Shown here in pieces: positions 63,423 to 64,000 of a stretch of DNA of 64,000 nt. The stretch's first letter is position 1. Each line of letters begins with the position of its first letter. The DNA comes from Cyanidioschyzon merolae (Eukaryota). The stretch lies in NCBI GenBank assembly GCA_000091205.1, contig AP006495.2; one strand, 5' to 3'. Both the position numbers and the translations under genes were made by a program. The notes under the pieces are model-generated. The model saw only the letters and a program-made list of their open reading frames with translations, did not search any database and was not told the DNA's origin.

Positions 63423-64000
63423 CGTATGGTCTTCAGGCGGTCTTCTTAGTGTTGTCGCTGCGCCTCACTGGGCGGTCTCGCGACAGGCGATCGCGTTTAT
63501 CCCGGGTGGAAACGTATCACAACAGACTTCGGCTCGAAGCCTGATCCTGAAGAGCGCCGGTCGACTCAGTGTTTCCACGATGTCGCGGCTCTGTCAGGCG
63601 CTACCCAAGACTCTTTGGGGCCATTCACGGCGCTGGGGGATTTTGCCGCCAGGAATGCTCACCGGGGCCCCAGTAGCGGCAGTTGCATGACTTGCATTCA
63701 AAAACAGTAGTAGTAGCAGCGGCATCATCGGCTTGCGCTCCGCCATCGGCACAATGGCTGAAAGCGGCTGAACACGATCACCGTACCCAAAGAGCTATCA
63801 TAGAACCACCCGAATACTCACGGACAACTTTGCGCGCGTGAGACTCGAGTGCAGACCTGACGCTGAGCTTTAAGCTTTACAAAACAGACCTAGCAGTAGG
63901 CATGCGCGAACCTGGCCGCGGATGATCCCATCGGACGCTTGACCAGCAGAAACGGCGCCTCAGAGGAGCAATAGGAGTTGTTGATGCAGTGCAAGCACAC

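Noticed and set aside
1-64000. Prokaryotic interpretation (operons, CRISPR arrays, IS elements)
   Set aside because: Gene content is unmistakably eukaryotic (Leo1, TFIIF, ELP1, GCN5 with bromodomain, SR-beta, F-box/LRR, HD2), with microsatellites and head-to-head gene pairs. No repeat-spacer arrays with constant-length unique spacers were seen.

Overview
This window reads as nuclear DNA from a GC-rich, intron-poor unicellular eukaryote. Gene content hints at a plastid-bearing (algal or plant-related) lineage: an HD2-type histone deacetylase, a BRUTUS-like hemerythrin-CHY-RING E3 ligase, an arginine deiminase and a YqgF-type resolvase with an N-terminal extension. About 17 recognisable protein genes lie on both strands, mostly as single uninterrupted ORFs. 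The calls are: phosphatidylinositol synthase, an ELO fatty-acid elongase, a TFIIF-alpha-like protein, Leo1, propionyl-CoA carboxylase beta, an HD2-type HDAC, a SIRT6/7-like sirtuin, a giant kinase-cyclin-F-box/LRR ORF, arginine deiminase, the BRUTUS-like E3, YqgF, asparagine synthetase, ITPase, SRP receptor beta, and a divergent ELP1/GCN5 pair. The most striking element is a compositionally distinct (AT-richer) segment at about 14.9-17.4 kb. It encodes a TnpB/Fanzor-like RuvC nuclease (eukaryotic IS200/IS605 TnpB homolog) with an intact D/E/D motif triad, no zinc finger, and an internal 75-bp x3 tandem repeat. Its ORF runs with no stop codon directly into the downstream PCCB gene. The window also holds two dispersed repeat families and numerous microsatellites. 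One family is a 1.2-kb direct-repeat pair, 98% identical, bracketing a 13-kb gene block. The other is a ~640-bp element present in three copies. No rRNA gene, canonical tRNA gene or CRISPR array could be supported. All calls rest on motif recognition by eye; no database search was possible.
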